From the NCBI GenBank assembly GCA_010093815.1, contig ML996571.1: DNA of 64,000 bases; one strand, written 5' to 3'. The translations under genes were made by a program, and so were the position numbers. The notes under the pieces are model-generated. The model was given only the letters and a program-made list of their open reading frames with translations, did no database searches and was not told the DNA's origin. Positions 1 through 12,264 of the stretch are shown here, in pieces. The DNA comes from Pseudovirgaria hyperparasitica (lineage: Eukaryota). Numbering within the stretch: the first letter of the stretch is position 1; each line of letters begins with the position of its first letter.

Positions 1-204
1 GAGTGAGCAGCATTAACTCGCGCCCTTTTACACGACTGCACCACCAGTACTCTGGGCAGCAACATGAAGAAGGCGCTTCCCAATGTCGTTACTCTTCGAA
101 CCTGATAAAAAGGCTTGGGCAAGAGCATCCAGACATGTCTTAGGCGAGGCTGAAATGAGACAATATGTGGGAAATTCGTGACAGTGGACGATTGCGTGCT
201 CGAA

Positions 205-249
205 AATCATGAAGGATAGAATCATGAAGGATAGAATCATGAAGGATAG
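205..249. repeat. 15-bp tandem repeat x3
   Basis: AATCATGAAGGATAG perfect copies at 205, 220 and 235. Confidence 0.9.
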
Positions 250-1819
250 TGGCACTTATATCTGTTCCGCTAGGAGTCGAAAATTTTCCAACACCGATAA
301 TGCTACTGCCAATGTGGAGAAGAAAAGTCCAGGCTGATGCAACAGCGAACCTACTCTTATCTTCGGACTTGGTGCAACGCGCCTAGTTTCACGGAGAGGC
401 AGCGTTCTTTCAAGTCTGCGAAATATACTCGGAGCTCCTGGTGACGTGCTATTTCGATCTAGCGGTGCAGAGAAACATGATGGGTATCACTCAAGGTGCT
501 AAAGACGACCACTTGCGAGCGCGTCGACTCAAAACTCGTACATGATTTCTGTCTACTGCAAAAGATGATATCCGGCAAGAATCTATCCAGAAAGAAGAAG
601 GGAGCTAGTGTAAATATCCATGAGTGGCGTTTCTAGTTTTTAGGATGAGCATTTGCCTCTTCCGTTTGGCTCCTGAGCAAATTGATGTAGGGCAGTGCCT
701 AATCTAAGAATGCGAACGATTATCCAGGTTCAGACTAATGGAAGTTTGATGAAGTAAAGGCACTTGCAAAAGTTGATGTTAGTTACATACCTAGGATAGC
801 CTTTCCATAATGAGGCACATCACGTAAGTGGAGCTTAGAACCGGTGGGGCGCTTGAGTGGTTGGAAAAGCGTCTTAGGCTGTCCCTCCTGAACTTGCAGT
901 CAGCACACTCCCCCTTAATACCATGAGTTACTCAGAATGATACCTAGGTACTCAAGGACGGGATGCTGATACTGCAGGGTGTATAATCTCGTTTGACACA
1001 TTGGTGATAGTGCGTACGAAATCACAACTATGCTGCAGGGCACAAACTGTGATAGACTGCTGGAGTTGTCAATGATTTGACCGGACAGGGAACGTGCAAG
1101 TTCTCTTCATGCCATGAATCTCAGGGTGAATCCAATTCATATTATTATTCGAGTTCAAGATTTGGATCAGACGAACATGAAGGACTGGTTAATAAACTAT
1201 CTAGTTGTAGTTCATCGTTCTACTGCTTGAGTCGTGCTTATAGTTACTGAAATGGGCTGAGTCGTACTTGGCATGAACTTGAACCTACCAATCATGATGT
1301 ACTGTCAAGTGAATACTTGGCATTTTCATCACGCTTCAAAATCGATCCATATTCCATCAAGAGTCTTTGATTTCCCTGCAGGAACAACAGCAGACCAGAT
1401 CTGGAAACAAGCTCGAGTTGGAAAAGTGGTATGACTGCAAGATAATGAGGGGAGCAGGGATCCATGCGAGTGAAGCTGCAGCAACATGCTGAAACCAATA
1501 ACTCTTTTAATTACAACATGACATGTGAAGTCCCTTCTGCAAGAAAAGAGTTTAGTGCTGAGCCGTCCTGGCCGCATCAGGATATGTATCATTTTGTTCA
1601 TGCGAAGCGATCAGCGTTGCGTAGTCTTAGTGGAAATGGCGGGATTGAGAAGAGTCGTGTCGACATAGCAGCTCTTCAAACGCCTGTGCTACTTGTATAA
1701 GAGACTGAAGTTCATGATTTTCAGAACAAACCAGCCTTCATCTGTAAACAAGCTCTTCGGTCCTCTCTTCTGCTCTCAACGTCGAAAAGAACCCACCTTC
1801 TACTTTTCTTGGCATCAAT

Positions 1820-2311
1820 ATGCGTTTCTCGATCATCACATCCGTCCTCTTCGGCGCAACTGTCATTGCGTCACCTGCAACAAGACGCCAGGAACTATCC
1901 GACACTGGTGCTCTTGCCGACCGGTTCAGTTCGCTTCTCGCCAATGTTGGAGCCCTGGGCTCACAGGGAACGTCTCTTGAAGGTGCCACACAGGGAACGT
2001 CTCTCGAAGGTGTCACACAGGGAACGTCTCTCGAAGGTGTCACACCGGGAACGTCTCTCGAAGGTGTAACCACTGGAGGCCAGGAGACACCTGATATAGG
2101 TGCTGTGGCTGGTTGGGTTCAATCTCTCATCTCTACGCTTCAATCTTCTCTGGACACTCTCCCAGGGCAGCAGGATGGCATCGTCGGCAGACGTCAGGAA
2201 ATACCTGACACGGGAGCCCTGGCCGACTGGTTCGAACTACTGATTACCGACCTTGCCAGTACCCTTACGACACTGCCAGAAGAACTAGTGGGTATTTTGG
2301 TTGGCGCATAG
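1820..2311 (+). CDS. Small secreted repeat-containing protein; candidate Kex2-processed peptide precursor (163 aa, intronless)
   Basis: Signal peptide MRFSIITSVLFGATVIA; RR|Q sites at 1883-1891 and 2189-2197; three homologous QExxDxGA(L/V)Ax(W/R) modules; (Q/P)GTSLEG(A/V)T x4. Confidence 0.85.
   Translation: MRFSIITSVLFGATVIASPATRRQELSDTGALADRFSSLLANVGALGSQGTSLEGATQGTSLEGVTQGTSLEGVTPGTSLEGVTTGGQETPDIGAVAGWVQSLISTLQSSLDTLPGQQDGIVGRRQEIPDTGALADWFELLITDLASTLTTLPEELVGILVGA
1964..2071 (+). repeat. 27-bp coding tandem repeat x4
   Basis: Near-identical units CAGGGAACGTCTCTCGAAGGTGTCACA, in frame with 1820..2311. Confidence 0.95.
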
Positions 2312-3900
2312 GAGGAATGAAGGGAAGCGAAACGGTTAAGCATTCTTTGGTCGGGGTATGAAGGGTCCTCATGTAGGAGGGATGATTGACTGCACTAGCG
2401 TCAGGATTCAGTAATTAATGTCTAATGTTACACTCCACACACCATCCTGTTGCGATGTCAATTGCTGCCCTGTGTACTTCATCATGTATGTCCAAGAGCG
2501 GGCATCAAATGAATAAGCTAGAATAAGCTGGGAAGATGACACTGCTGCTCAGTGGTAATGACTTTAGACTGTGCCACAGATTGAGACTTGCTTGTCAAGG
2601 CTGGAGACCCAGGACGGGTGAGGCTGCAGGGGCGCACTTGGCAACGTGCTTGCCGTGGGCGGCTTGTGCCGTCATTTGGCTGGCTGCCGGGCCTTTTTTT
2701 CTGACGCGGTTCGAGCCTGCAAGGTGCTTTCAATTGCCAATTCTTTGTAAGTAACTATGTATGAAGATGTTTAGCAAGGATAAGACAGACATGTATATGA
2801 TATATCTGACTCGCAAGCATGAAGCTACAGTAGCTACAAGCTCAAAGTCCACCTCAACCAGCCGTGCAAAAATCGATGTTTTGCTCGTGGCGTCGCGTAA
2901 GCTTGTCCCGAATAGGAAGGAGAGAGATGAGTGGAGAAGGCTGCTTTGGAGTCTGAACATCTCCCATATCGTCCCGTATAACACTGAGACTCTGAGATAC
3001 AGTATGACGCTGATGCCCGACGCCTGGCCCCCATGAACGACAAGGTATGGCTTTGTATCGGGCATAGCTCGTTCATCGCATGCATTGGTGCCATGGTGCT
3101 AGGTTGTCGCTGACGTTGTAAAGAAAAGGAAATTGGTCTGGCGATATCATGGTCCAAATACTGTTTGATGGTACTATACAGTTCGTAGTACACTCGTACC
3201 TGGAAGCAATCGAAGTCTTAGTAAGGCCGATGGCCAACAAACCAGCGGCAGCTTTGAATCCAGCGCAATACGAGCATAGACTGTTGCACCGGCAATTGGA
3301 ATATAGGATGCACTCGCAAGCATCGACATGCCAGGCAGGGGTCTCAATTGCAACTACACGCGATAAATGAACGCCACTATCTGTGTACCGTCTCTGCACC
3401 ATCTCCGAGGTGGCATCATCTCTCGGCCATCGATCTGGGCCAGACTGTTTTATTGCTAGCTCTCCCGAAGACGTCAGTTCGTGCATCTAAGTTGCTTGAT
3501 TGGACATGGCCACCTCAGGTCAACCCGAAGTGCCCTCAAGCTTCAATCCGACGACCCGGCAGAAGTGTACGAGCTGCAAGCTGGATGCTACATTGCTACC
3601 CTGGTGGCCAAAATAAAATGCCACTGGCCCGCCGTCGACGGAATGGTAGCTTGTCCTCTCCAAGCTTCCGGAGAACCTCTTGGTCCGTTAGCTTGTAGTT
3701 AGCCCTGCTTCAATTGACCTGGGAACAATTCACATTGGTTAGTACAGCATCTTCCAGATACCTTTACATGGCTTCAGAGCTATGCACCTTTGAGTTGCCC
3801 TAGACTTTGCCAATTACCCTCCGAAATCGACTTTCCAAAGATGTAAGATGCTCAGAACTCTGCTAAATCAGGTCAGAAGAATATATATTCAGTAGACACA

Positions 3901-5512
3901 ATGTGGTCTCCAGCAGTCCTCCTTACTTGCGCTCTTGCTGGCTTCACTGCTGCTCGCGATATCCGCCATGTGGGAACAAAGGCTGCCAGCAGAGTCCCCG
4001 AGTCTCCTCGTCAGAAGTTTGGTCGCATGCCACAGCCAATCCATACCAGGAGAGACACCAACTCGCTCTTGATACCGCAGAATGACAACACCACTAGTAT
4101 GTTTTGCTCTTGTCATATAGATTGTACGACTGACTGCGGACATAGAATACGCTGTTGATGGTACTGCCCTTCCAGATGTCGATTTCGACATCGGCGAGTC
4201 CTACGCTGGCCTTATGCCTACAGGAGCAGACTCATCTCGCGAGCTTTACTTCTGGTTCTTCCCTACTGCCAATTCTGAGGGACAGGATGACATCACCATT
4301 TGGTTGAACGGAGGCCCAGGCTGTAGTTCCCTCGAAGGCTTCCTGCAGGAAAATGGACCAGTTCTATGGCAGTACGGTACCTACAAGCCTATCAAGAACT
4401 ACTGGACTTGGGTCAATTTGACCAACATGGTCTGGGTTGAGCAGCCGGTTGGAACTGGTTTTACACAAGGTGAACCGGTGGCAACCAGCGAAGAAGAAAT
4501 TGCTGATGAGTTTCTTGGCTTCTTCAAGAACTTTATCGACACCTTTGGCTTGCACAACAAAAAGATTTACGTCACGGGCGAGAGCTATGCTGGTCTCTAT
4601 GTTCCCTACATCGCAGATGCCATGCTGAATCAGGAGGATACCACCTACTATAACCTGACTGGTACTTTGATTTATGACCCGGTAATTGGCGAACGAGACC
4701 TTCAAACGGAGGTCGTGGCAGTTCCATTCGCTGACAAGTGGTCTGGCCTCTTCAACTTCAACGAATCTTTCAATGACGACCTCCATGATCGCTTCGACTC
4801 TTGTGGGTACAAAGACTACCTGAACAAGTACCTCACCTACCCCCCTCCAGGCCCCTTTGATGCTCCACCAGATTCTTCGGTTGAGGGCTGCGATCTCTGG
4901 GGCGACGTCCTGAATGCTGTTTTCCTTACCAATCCTTGCTTTGATCTCTACCAGATCGCTACTACCTGCCCACTCCTCTGGGACGTCCTCGGTTTCCCGG
5001 GCTCCTTTGACTACCTTCCTGAAGGCGCTTCCATATACTTCAACCGTACTGAGGTGCAAAAGGCCATCAATGCGCCCATCCAAGAGTGGGCTGAATGCGT
5101 GGATGGCGTCCTCGACACTGACACTTCCCGCCCGGTCACCCTTTCCGTCTACCCCGGAGTCATCGAGCGCTCGCAACGCACAGTCCTCGCCCATGGTAAC
5201 CTCGACTACGTGCTCATCGACATGGGTGCTCGTCTGGCTATCCAGAACATGACCTGGGGAGGTAAACAGGGCTTCCAGGATGAGCCCTCCGACGACTTCT
5301 ACGTTCCATACCACCCAGATGCCAGCCTGGGGACGCTGGCTGCTGCAGGCAATCTGGGCATTACGCATACGGAGCGCGGGTTCACATGGGTAGAGACGTT
5401 CTTGTCAGGACACATGGTACCGCAATATGCGCCAAGTGCGGCGTATAGGCAGTTGGAGTACTTGTTGGGTCGCATTGACAGTCTGACGGAGGTCAGCGAC
5501 TTCAGCACTTAG
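3901..5512 (+). CDS. Secreted serine carboxypeptidase (peptidase S10, CpdS/PepF-like); intron 4097-4145
   Basis: Signal peptide; splice gives KYAVDGTALPDVDFDIGESYAG; WLNGGPGCSS, TGESYAG (catalytic Ser), SGHMVPQY (catalytic His). Confidence 0.95.
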
Positions 5513-6137
5513 TAGGACGGTTACCAGCCAGTAGATGTAGAAGCGCAGTAGTCGTATGAGGCGTATCAATGCATCTGATGATCAATTGCCATTCAAAGCA
5601 TATGTGAGTGAAGTGAAAAGGACAACATCGGGATGAGCAGGCATCGTGGCGCGGCTTCAACGCATCCGACGCGGCAACGCCTATCCATGCCTCCCTCCCA
5701 CATGCTCTGATCCCTAGCCTTGCGCTATCTCCGCCCTATGGATCAATGGCTCTCCGGCAGTAGTAGTATCAACGTCTGCTCCAGCCTCAGCCCCACGAAC
5801 ACAACGTAGAATATCTATCCAAGTGAAGAAAGTGGATGCCTGCTAGTTGCTAAGGTACGAGAGAACCTTGCGGCGACCGCAGACGCCACTCCCACCATTC
5901 CCGCCAGCCCTGCAGCAAAGATTCTCAGGGACCTTCGACCGCCGAATCTCACCCACCGACGCGCCTCGGAATCTGACTTTTCCCACAGCCTGATCCATAT
6001 CTTTCTACGGCCGCATGATCGCCCGAGTCCGGGTGATGTGCTGATATAAAGACGCATTGCGCTATCGCGCATTCTTTGGAAGGCACCCGATATCTACGGT
6101 CAAATCCCGGTATTTGCGTAAACATATATACAGCGAC

Positions 6138-7374
6138 ATGGCGGAAACACCTGTTATGCAGACCCCCGTGCAGACGTATGGCAGTATACCTGGCGAAAAC
6201 GAGCGCGATCAGCCGAAGCAGTTTCCCCCGCGTACGTCACTAGTGCCACAGCCTGTGCGTTTTGACTCACGTTGCACGAAGTCACTGACTTGGGGAGTAC
6301 AGACACTTTCACATTTGCGACCAGGACTTCGTCGGGGAGTCGCGTGCCCCAAGCCATCGCACACCGGGGTTACAAAGCAAAGTTTCCAGAGAACACGCTC
6401 GGTGCTTTCAAGGGCGCCGTGGATGTTGGTGCAGATGCGATCGAGACCGACATCCATCTGAGTCAGGACGGAGTCGTGGTTCTGAGCCATGTACGCTTTT
6501 CCCCAGCTCTTTTGAAGAGATGTGGCACTGACTGCAACCTAGGACGCCGACCTCCAGCGCTGCTTCGGCCAGCCCGATAAGATCATCACGCGGGACTGGT
6601 CTTACCTCTCTACACTACGTACACTTGCAGCACCGCACGAATCCATGCCACGATTGAAAGACCTACTCGAGTACTTGACACAGCCAGGCTGCGAGCATAT
6701 ATGGGTGTTACTAGACGTCAAAGTAGACAACGATGCGGAGGAAGTAATGAAACGTATTGCAGAGACCGTACACAGCGTACCAGCAGTTGACAAGAGACCA
6801 TGGCACGAACGTATTGTAGTAGGAATATGGAGTGTACGTTCGCCTTCCCCCTCTTTGTTTGCCCTTTCACACAGCCCTGAGTCACAAAGACTAACCTCGC
6901 GCTCAGGCATCGTGGCTCACCCAGACCCACACTCACCTCCCCCTGTATCCCGTAACGCACATTTCCTTCTCTCTCCTGACATCTTCGCGCCTCCTATCAG
7001 TACCGAACATCTCGTTCAATATCCCCCACTTCATTCTGCGCATCCCCTTCTTTGGACGTCGCTTCGTCCGCCGCGCACACTCGCCTTAATATAATCGGCC
7101 GGTCTACGCATGGACGGTGAATACACCACGTATCATGCGGTGGGCTGTGAAGATGGGGCTAGATGGTGTGATTACAGACAATCCAGAGCTATTCTTAGGG
7201 GTCAGAGATGGAACAAAGAATGGATCAGAGGTACAAGACAAAGAAGGTGCGGTGTGGAGGGATGTTTTCAGATTGCTGTGGATCAATCTATTCGCGCTGA
7301 CTATAGGGACCTATTTCAGTTGGAAGAGGGGGTTGGGAAAGATTCCAAAGGAGTTTTTGACGAGAGGGAGATGA
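6138..7374 (+). pseudogene. PGC1: Glycerophosphodiester phosphodiesterase (Pgc1-like phosphatidylglycerol phospholipase C) with in-frame TAA at 7087-7089; introns 6232-6302, 6491-6542, 6834-6906
   Basis: AIAHRGY..PENTL, ETDIHLSQDGVVVLSHD, LLDVK, AWTVN, GVITD and C-terminal TM helix; last exon reads RAHSP*YNRPVYAWTVN. Family is secure; pseudogene status depends on a single base. Confidence 0.7.
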
Positions 7375-9079
7375 CAATTGTGCAGAGAGAAGCTTACGAG
7401 TGAGCGATATAGGTATGCATAGCGCGGCGTTGGGTAGGGAGTCGTTTGGGTCCATATATTCGTATGACTCCAAGTAAATCTCCCTATGCGTAGAGGGAGT
7501 TGTAGCTTCCATGTCGGATAGACAGAACCAATGTTCTAGATCGGACGAGGCCCACGAACTGCGCACAAGGTCACAAGACTTCAAGGCCCTTTGTCTGGTC
7601 ATGAATCCTAGGAAAGAACCATAACCAAGCCGCACCACAGTGTCTCCCCAGCTAACCTTGGAAGAATCAATGATTACAGAATCTAGCGAGAACCTCGCCA
7701 ATAAAGTCGACATATTATATTGAAGAAACAGGCCTATACGCAGCAGCCTGTAAAAAGCCCTCGAGTCAGCAGTCCCCTTGATTATAGCAGCCTGACTGTC
7801 CTACCACGACCCATTAATAGACGTGAGAATTCCGTATAGTCCAATAGTTTCTCGAACGGTCTTTCAGAGCCCGACTAACAGTTTCAGGCAGACCCTTACC
7901 AGACTCGTTATCGCCAGTCGTTCAGGGCATGTATCTGAAGTTAGGACAGACGAGCTGCTTTCATCCCGGCAGAAGAGCTCATTTCCCGCATGACCGTGAG
8001 AATCCCGTCGAGCCGCATCTCCGTTTCTATCTCCAGAAATCGAAAGCTGATTGATCTCTGGTCGTTACAGACATATGAGAAAGGGGGGGGGCGTATCTAG
8101 AGCACCGCAAAAGAGAACCGTAGAAGTGGTTTCTTCGCTATTCCCAGAACTGCGTTCTTGTCTGATAAGAAAACCATGGTGGATCGCTATGAACTACTAT
8201 CAGAGCGGAAATCGAGAGCTCTGACTAAAGAAATCGTGAAAGCTGCCTTATACACATACACACATATCTGATTATGGAGTTTAGACCAACAGAAATGACT
8301 TCATGTATCGTAGAGATCAAAGAACAACTGGTTCTAGGGATTGCAAGAGGCTCGATATTGGCAGCTGAGTATCAGTATGAAGAAGGGTATGACGACTGGA
8401 GGAATACATGAAGCTGGCTCTTGAGTCTCCGACATAAGAGAAGCTTGAGCGAGAGGGTGACTAGTTGCCACAATCTATCAAAGCGCGGAAATGATGGCAT
8501 ATTACTCACCCACGAGACCGCCAAGATGCTCCGAGATTACGGTAGTGAAAAATGGATATCAGACGAAAGATGAAGTGGGTCATGGTGATCGTTTCGCAGA
8601 AAACGGTATATGTGCCACTGCACTGGCAGATTTATAGAGCATGGAGGAGGCTTCGCAGATGCGTGCCCCCTAAGACCGAAATGTCTCAAATATCAAAGAA
8701 TAGTCATGCAAAAATTTGACGTGGGAAAGCAGCGAACAAACAAGGTCAGACTACAGAAACATTGATCCATCAAGGCTACGAGAGCACATGTAAGGTCGTT
8801 GGTCTACAATTATTGATTTTTAATTGTGTTGTCACGGTAGATTACCGTCTATGACAATCCTAAGATATCATAGGGCTGCCTGCCTTTGGCTATGGCAGTT
8901 ATGTTCGCTCATGTCATTCATCTGTTACATCTTGTGCGTACGACATGCGATTCTCTCGACCCAGAACATAGCTCTGCCCATTCGTACTCCATATCCAGTT
9001 TTGCGACCGACGCATCGAAAAGTCGTTGTGGTTGGGGTGAGGGCTTTGTGGCTATGTCGGTAGCTATAAGAGACTTGAT

Positions 9080-10162
9080 TTAGTCGATAGTGATGCCTAA
9101 CCTACGGAGCAACTCCGTGGCGATCTCGAGCTTTTCTTCCATCTGTTCGAGATCGACTGCGGATGCCTTAGCAAGTAGCATGTTAGCGAAAAGCCTCTTT
9201 GGATATGTCGGGGATGAGATAGTCACTTCAACGAGGCTTTCAAGCGCATTGTTGGTATCCTCCAGCTCGTGCACCTGAGCGAGAAGACTAGCTTTCTCAT
9301 CGTCGTCCATTTTCCGGGGCTTACTCAAGGCCCTGTTCTCCTGCACAAGAGCCTGACGGGCATTCTTGAGGACTTCATTCTCCTGCCTGAGCATGCCCGC
9401 CTTACGCTGGGACTCAAGCAGAGCTTGTTGCTTTTGCTGGAGTCCCGACTCGAAGACACTGCGGACGTGTTCAAGCTGAAGTTCGAGGACTTTCTTGACT
9501 TCCGAAAGCTTTGAATTATCCCTGGTAAGAATGATGTTGGCGTCATGGAGACGTCTGGCCTCTTTGGTAGCTCGAGAAGATGTCACTTCCATGGTTTTAA
9601 GTGTTTCATCAATGTCATGGTGGGCTTTCTGTAAGTTACAAAAGGCCTGGAGACTCTTCTCTCCCTTCTCGGTCTCTACTTTCACAGTTTGCGCGAGGTC
9701 TTCGACAAGCTGGCGTAGGGTATTTTCCTCATCAAAGACACGTTTCGATTTGCTGACCAATTCCGTGACATGGGCTTGAAGCTCTTGGATTTGCTGGTGA
9801 GAGCGCTCGGCTTCACGTTGAAGGGTATCCTTTTGTGAGATAAGACTGCGCTCACGTTCCTTGAGTCTGGCAATCTGGTCCTCGCAAGCGGCGGTGTGGT
9901 CGGCCATCTTCTTGTGAAGCAGTCGGGAATCATCAGAATCGTGTCTGAGAAGCCCCTTCTCGAATTGCAGACGCGTAACCTGACGGCGGAGGTCATCAGC
10001 TAATACACGAGCTTGATGCTCGTTGTTAATCAATTCCACAAATCCTTGGGCGAAACCTATCATATCGATTCCTTGGGAAGATCTGCCAGTAGGCTGAGTG
10101 CCCTCACCGTGGACAATTACTAAAGCATTCGAGCCGGAAGGTGTGGGAAAGTTGGAAGCCAT
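9080..10162 (-). CDS. Hypothetical coiled-coil protein; probable in-frame 60-nt intron 9167-9226
   Basis: Long ORF from ATG 10162 (MASNFPTP) with heptad-like E/K/Q/L-rich sequence; GTGACT..GCTAAC..TAAG intron signals. Confidence 0.75.
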   Translation of the reverse strand: MASNFPTPSGSNALVIVHGEGTQPTGRSSQGIDMIGFAQGFVELINNEHQARVLADDLRRQVTRLQFEKGLLRHDSDDSRLLHKKMADHTAACEDQIARLKERERSLISQKDTLQREAERSHQQIQELQAHVTELVSKSKRVFDEENTLRQLVEDLAQTVKVETEKGEKSLQAFCNLQKAHHDIDETLKTMEVTSSRATKEARRLHDANIILTRDNSKLSEVKKVLELQLEHVRSVFESGLQQKQQALLESQRKAGMLRQENEVLKNARQALVQENRALSKPRKMDDDEKASLLAQVHELEDTNNALESLVEVTISSPTYPKRLFANMLLAKASAVDLEQMEEKLEIATELLRRLGITID

Positions 10163-12243
10163 AGTGAAATGTTTGTGGTTGATCGAAGGATGGTGGTAAG
10201 GGTAACGAGAGGATGGTGCTGGCAATGCAGGACCACCTTCTGAAGCTGAAGATGGAGCTGCTGAGGGTTGGATAAAAATCTCGGATGAGCATGGGCCGTT
10301 TCTCAAGGCCGTGAATCGGGGCAGCGTGTGTGACGTCCGATGTAGTCTGGGTAAACACGGCGAGGGGGAGCGGTTGCTGCGTGACATGATGAAGCTTGGC
10401 CAAGGGTGCGGTTCGAGTGAATCAGATAGCAGTCACTCAGTCGTTCGGGGATTTCAAACCTTCTTTTGGAGATATTCAGAAACGGATTACTGTCCGGAGG
10501 CCAGTACATACCTAGTATTGCCACACGGTCGTGGGTTTGCTTCTCTTTGATGAAAGGAGAAGCTGTGACCGATAAGGTCTGCTCCGAACGAGGTAGCTTG
10601 AGCGTCGAGAGCTTTACTCCTTGCAAGCGAACAGAATATGAAAAGAGATGATTTAGGCGACATTGTGACATCTATATTTCGCGAGCTCTCCATTACCTTC
10701 TTTCACTTCGTATGCTTCTTGAGGGGTCCACAGACTACATTTATCGAATGACGCCATGAGAGTCTTTCGTCTCATTGGTGCTTCGTCGGCGCTCGAGCAC
10801 GAAACCCTATACTACACCCGAAACAACGCAAGAGCGACTCTACCCTCTTTCCAAAACGATCAGAGTCGTCTGGGAAAAGTTTCACACAGTCGCGCAGGCT
10901 GAAAGATCTATACATACTATGTCAACACTCTTGGTCTCGCAATAAAGAGACCCTCAGACCAGGCGTCTACAAGAGACGTAAACGCATTACAGCGGCGATC
11001 TATTGACCGTCCGATCGTATATTCGGCAGAAAGAAACAGAATGGAAGAGACAGCATATGATTTGCTTTGAAGGAGACCACGATCACCTGTCGTGATGGCA
11101 GAGCTTCCTAGTGTGCGCCGTTATATGCCCTCCTCTCAAGCATCTGACCGATGGCACGAAAGGTCACGATGTAGATACCAACGAGGAGTTCCAAAATGCA
11201 CAGAATAGTCAGAACATGATGGCATAGCTCCAGGTCAGGAAAACATGAAAGAGACGGAGTGACGTGCTACGACTTGTGCGAATGGAACATAAAAAGTGTC
11301 TAATAGAGAGGAAGCATATTTTATGATAAGCACAATGGATCTTCATGCTCGACTAAGAAGGAACAGCGACTCGCACCGTAGTCACAGAATGTGTTAGTCG
11401 GAATCCAAGCCTGCCCCAAGGCTCCGTTGTTCGGTTTCTCTTTGGCTTGCACAAGGACGGAAGAAGCCGAGAAAATCGAGGAAACGGAGCAAACGATTTA
11501 GACGCATGCGGGCTGAAGGTATGAACCAGATGACAGTTGGGACAAGCTAGAACCATGAACGAGACTGGCTGCACCCCAGGTTCGTACCAATCATACACCA
11601 CTACCAGGTACGACCCAACAGACCTGTCTGGCAGACTATAAAGAGCGAAGGAAAGACAACGATTGCATGAGACGAATATATCTTTAGTGCTTGGAGAATT
11701 GAGAAGGAGGACTGCTGTCAAGGCCGAAAGTAGAACGAAGCATCTTCACTGTCCCAGATACCACCGTTCGACTGCTGTTCCCCCGGAGTCCCCTATAATC
11801 TTGTTTCCACGTCACGAAGACTTCAGATGTCGCACGATGGCTTAATGAGTACCCCAAGGACGTCTCCCGATGGATGCTTACACATCTACCACTCCTCCAG
11901 TACCAGTGGACCCGGAAATATATGCCGGAAGAGACCCGGCATACGCCGGCAGCAACCCGACATATACCGGAAGAACCCCGGGAGAACCCCGATTATTAGT
12001 CAAGGGCAGCCCTTGACTAATAACCTCCGCACCTGCACGTGCTGCCTGAGGGCAAAACAACGGTAACACAGGCTGTAGGCTAATAGGCGTACCCTATGGC
12101 TGTATACTCAAGACGAAACAGAGGTTCAACGAGATGTAGTTATAGACATAAGGAAGTTTTTCCCTATGGGGTTTCTTCTTACATAGTGGCTTAGACTAGA
12201 GGAGGCATAGGCCTGTAGAGTACTACTCTACCTAGTTATACAA

Positions 12244-12264
12244 TATTATTATTATTATTATTAT
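12244..12264. repeat. (TAT)n microsatellite
   Basis: tattattattattattattat. Confidence 0.9.

Noticed and set aside
28..255. ORF with LSFMI repeats
   Set aside because: Artefact of the 15-bp tandem repeat; non-ATG start and no coding signal
1738..2143. Alternative-frame repeat ORFs (VTPSRDVP.., HRERLSKV..)
   Set aside because: Shadows of the 27-bp repeat; only 1820..2311 has an ATG, signal peptide and coherent modules
2518..3702. Several 70-137 aa ORFs between the precursor and the carboxypeptidase
   Set aside because: No recognisable motifs (no DUF3328 HxxHC) and no consistent exon chain
4364..5368. 334-aa antisense ORF
   Set aside because: Mirror of the codon-biased carboxypeptidase
7700..8460. 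Short protein-like fragments around a G9 run
   Set aside because: Too fragmented to support a pseudogene call
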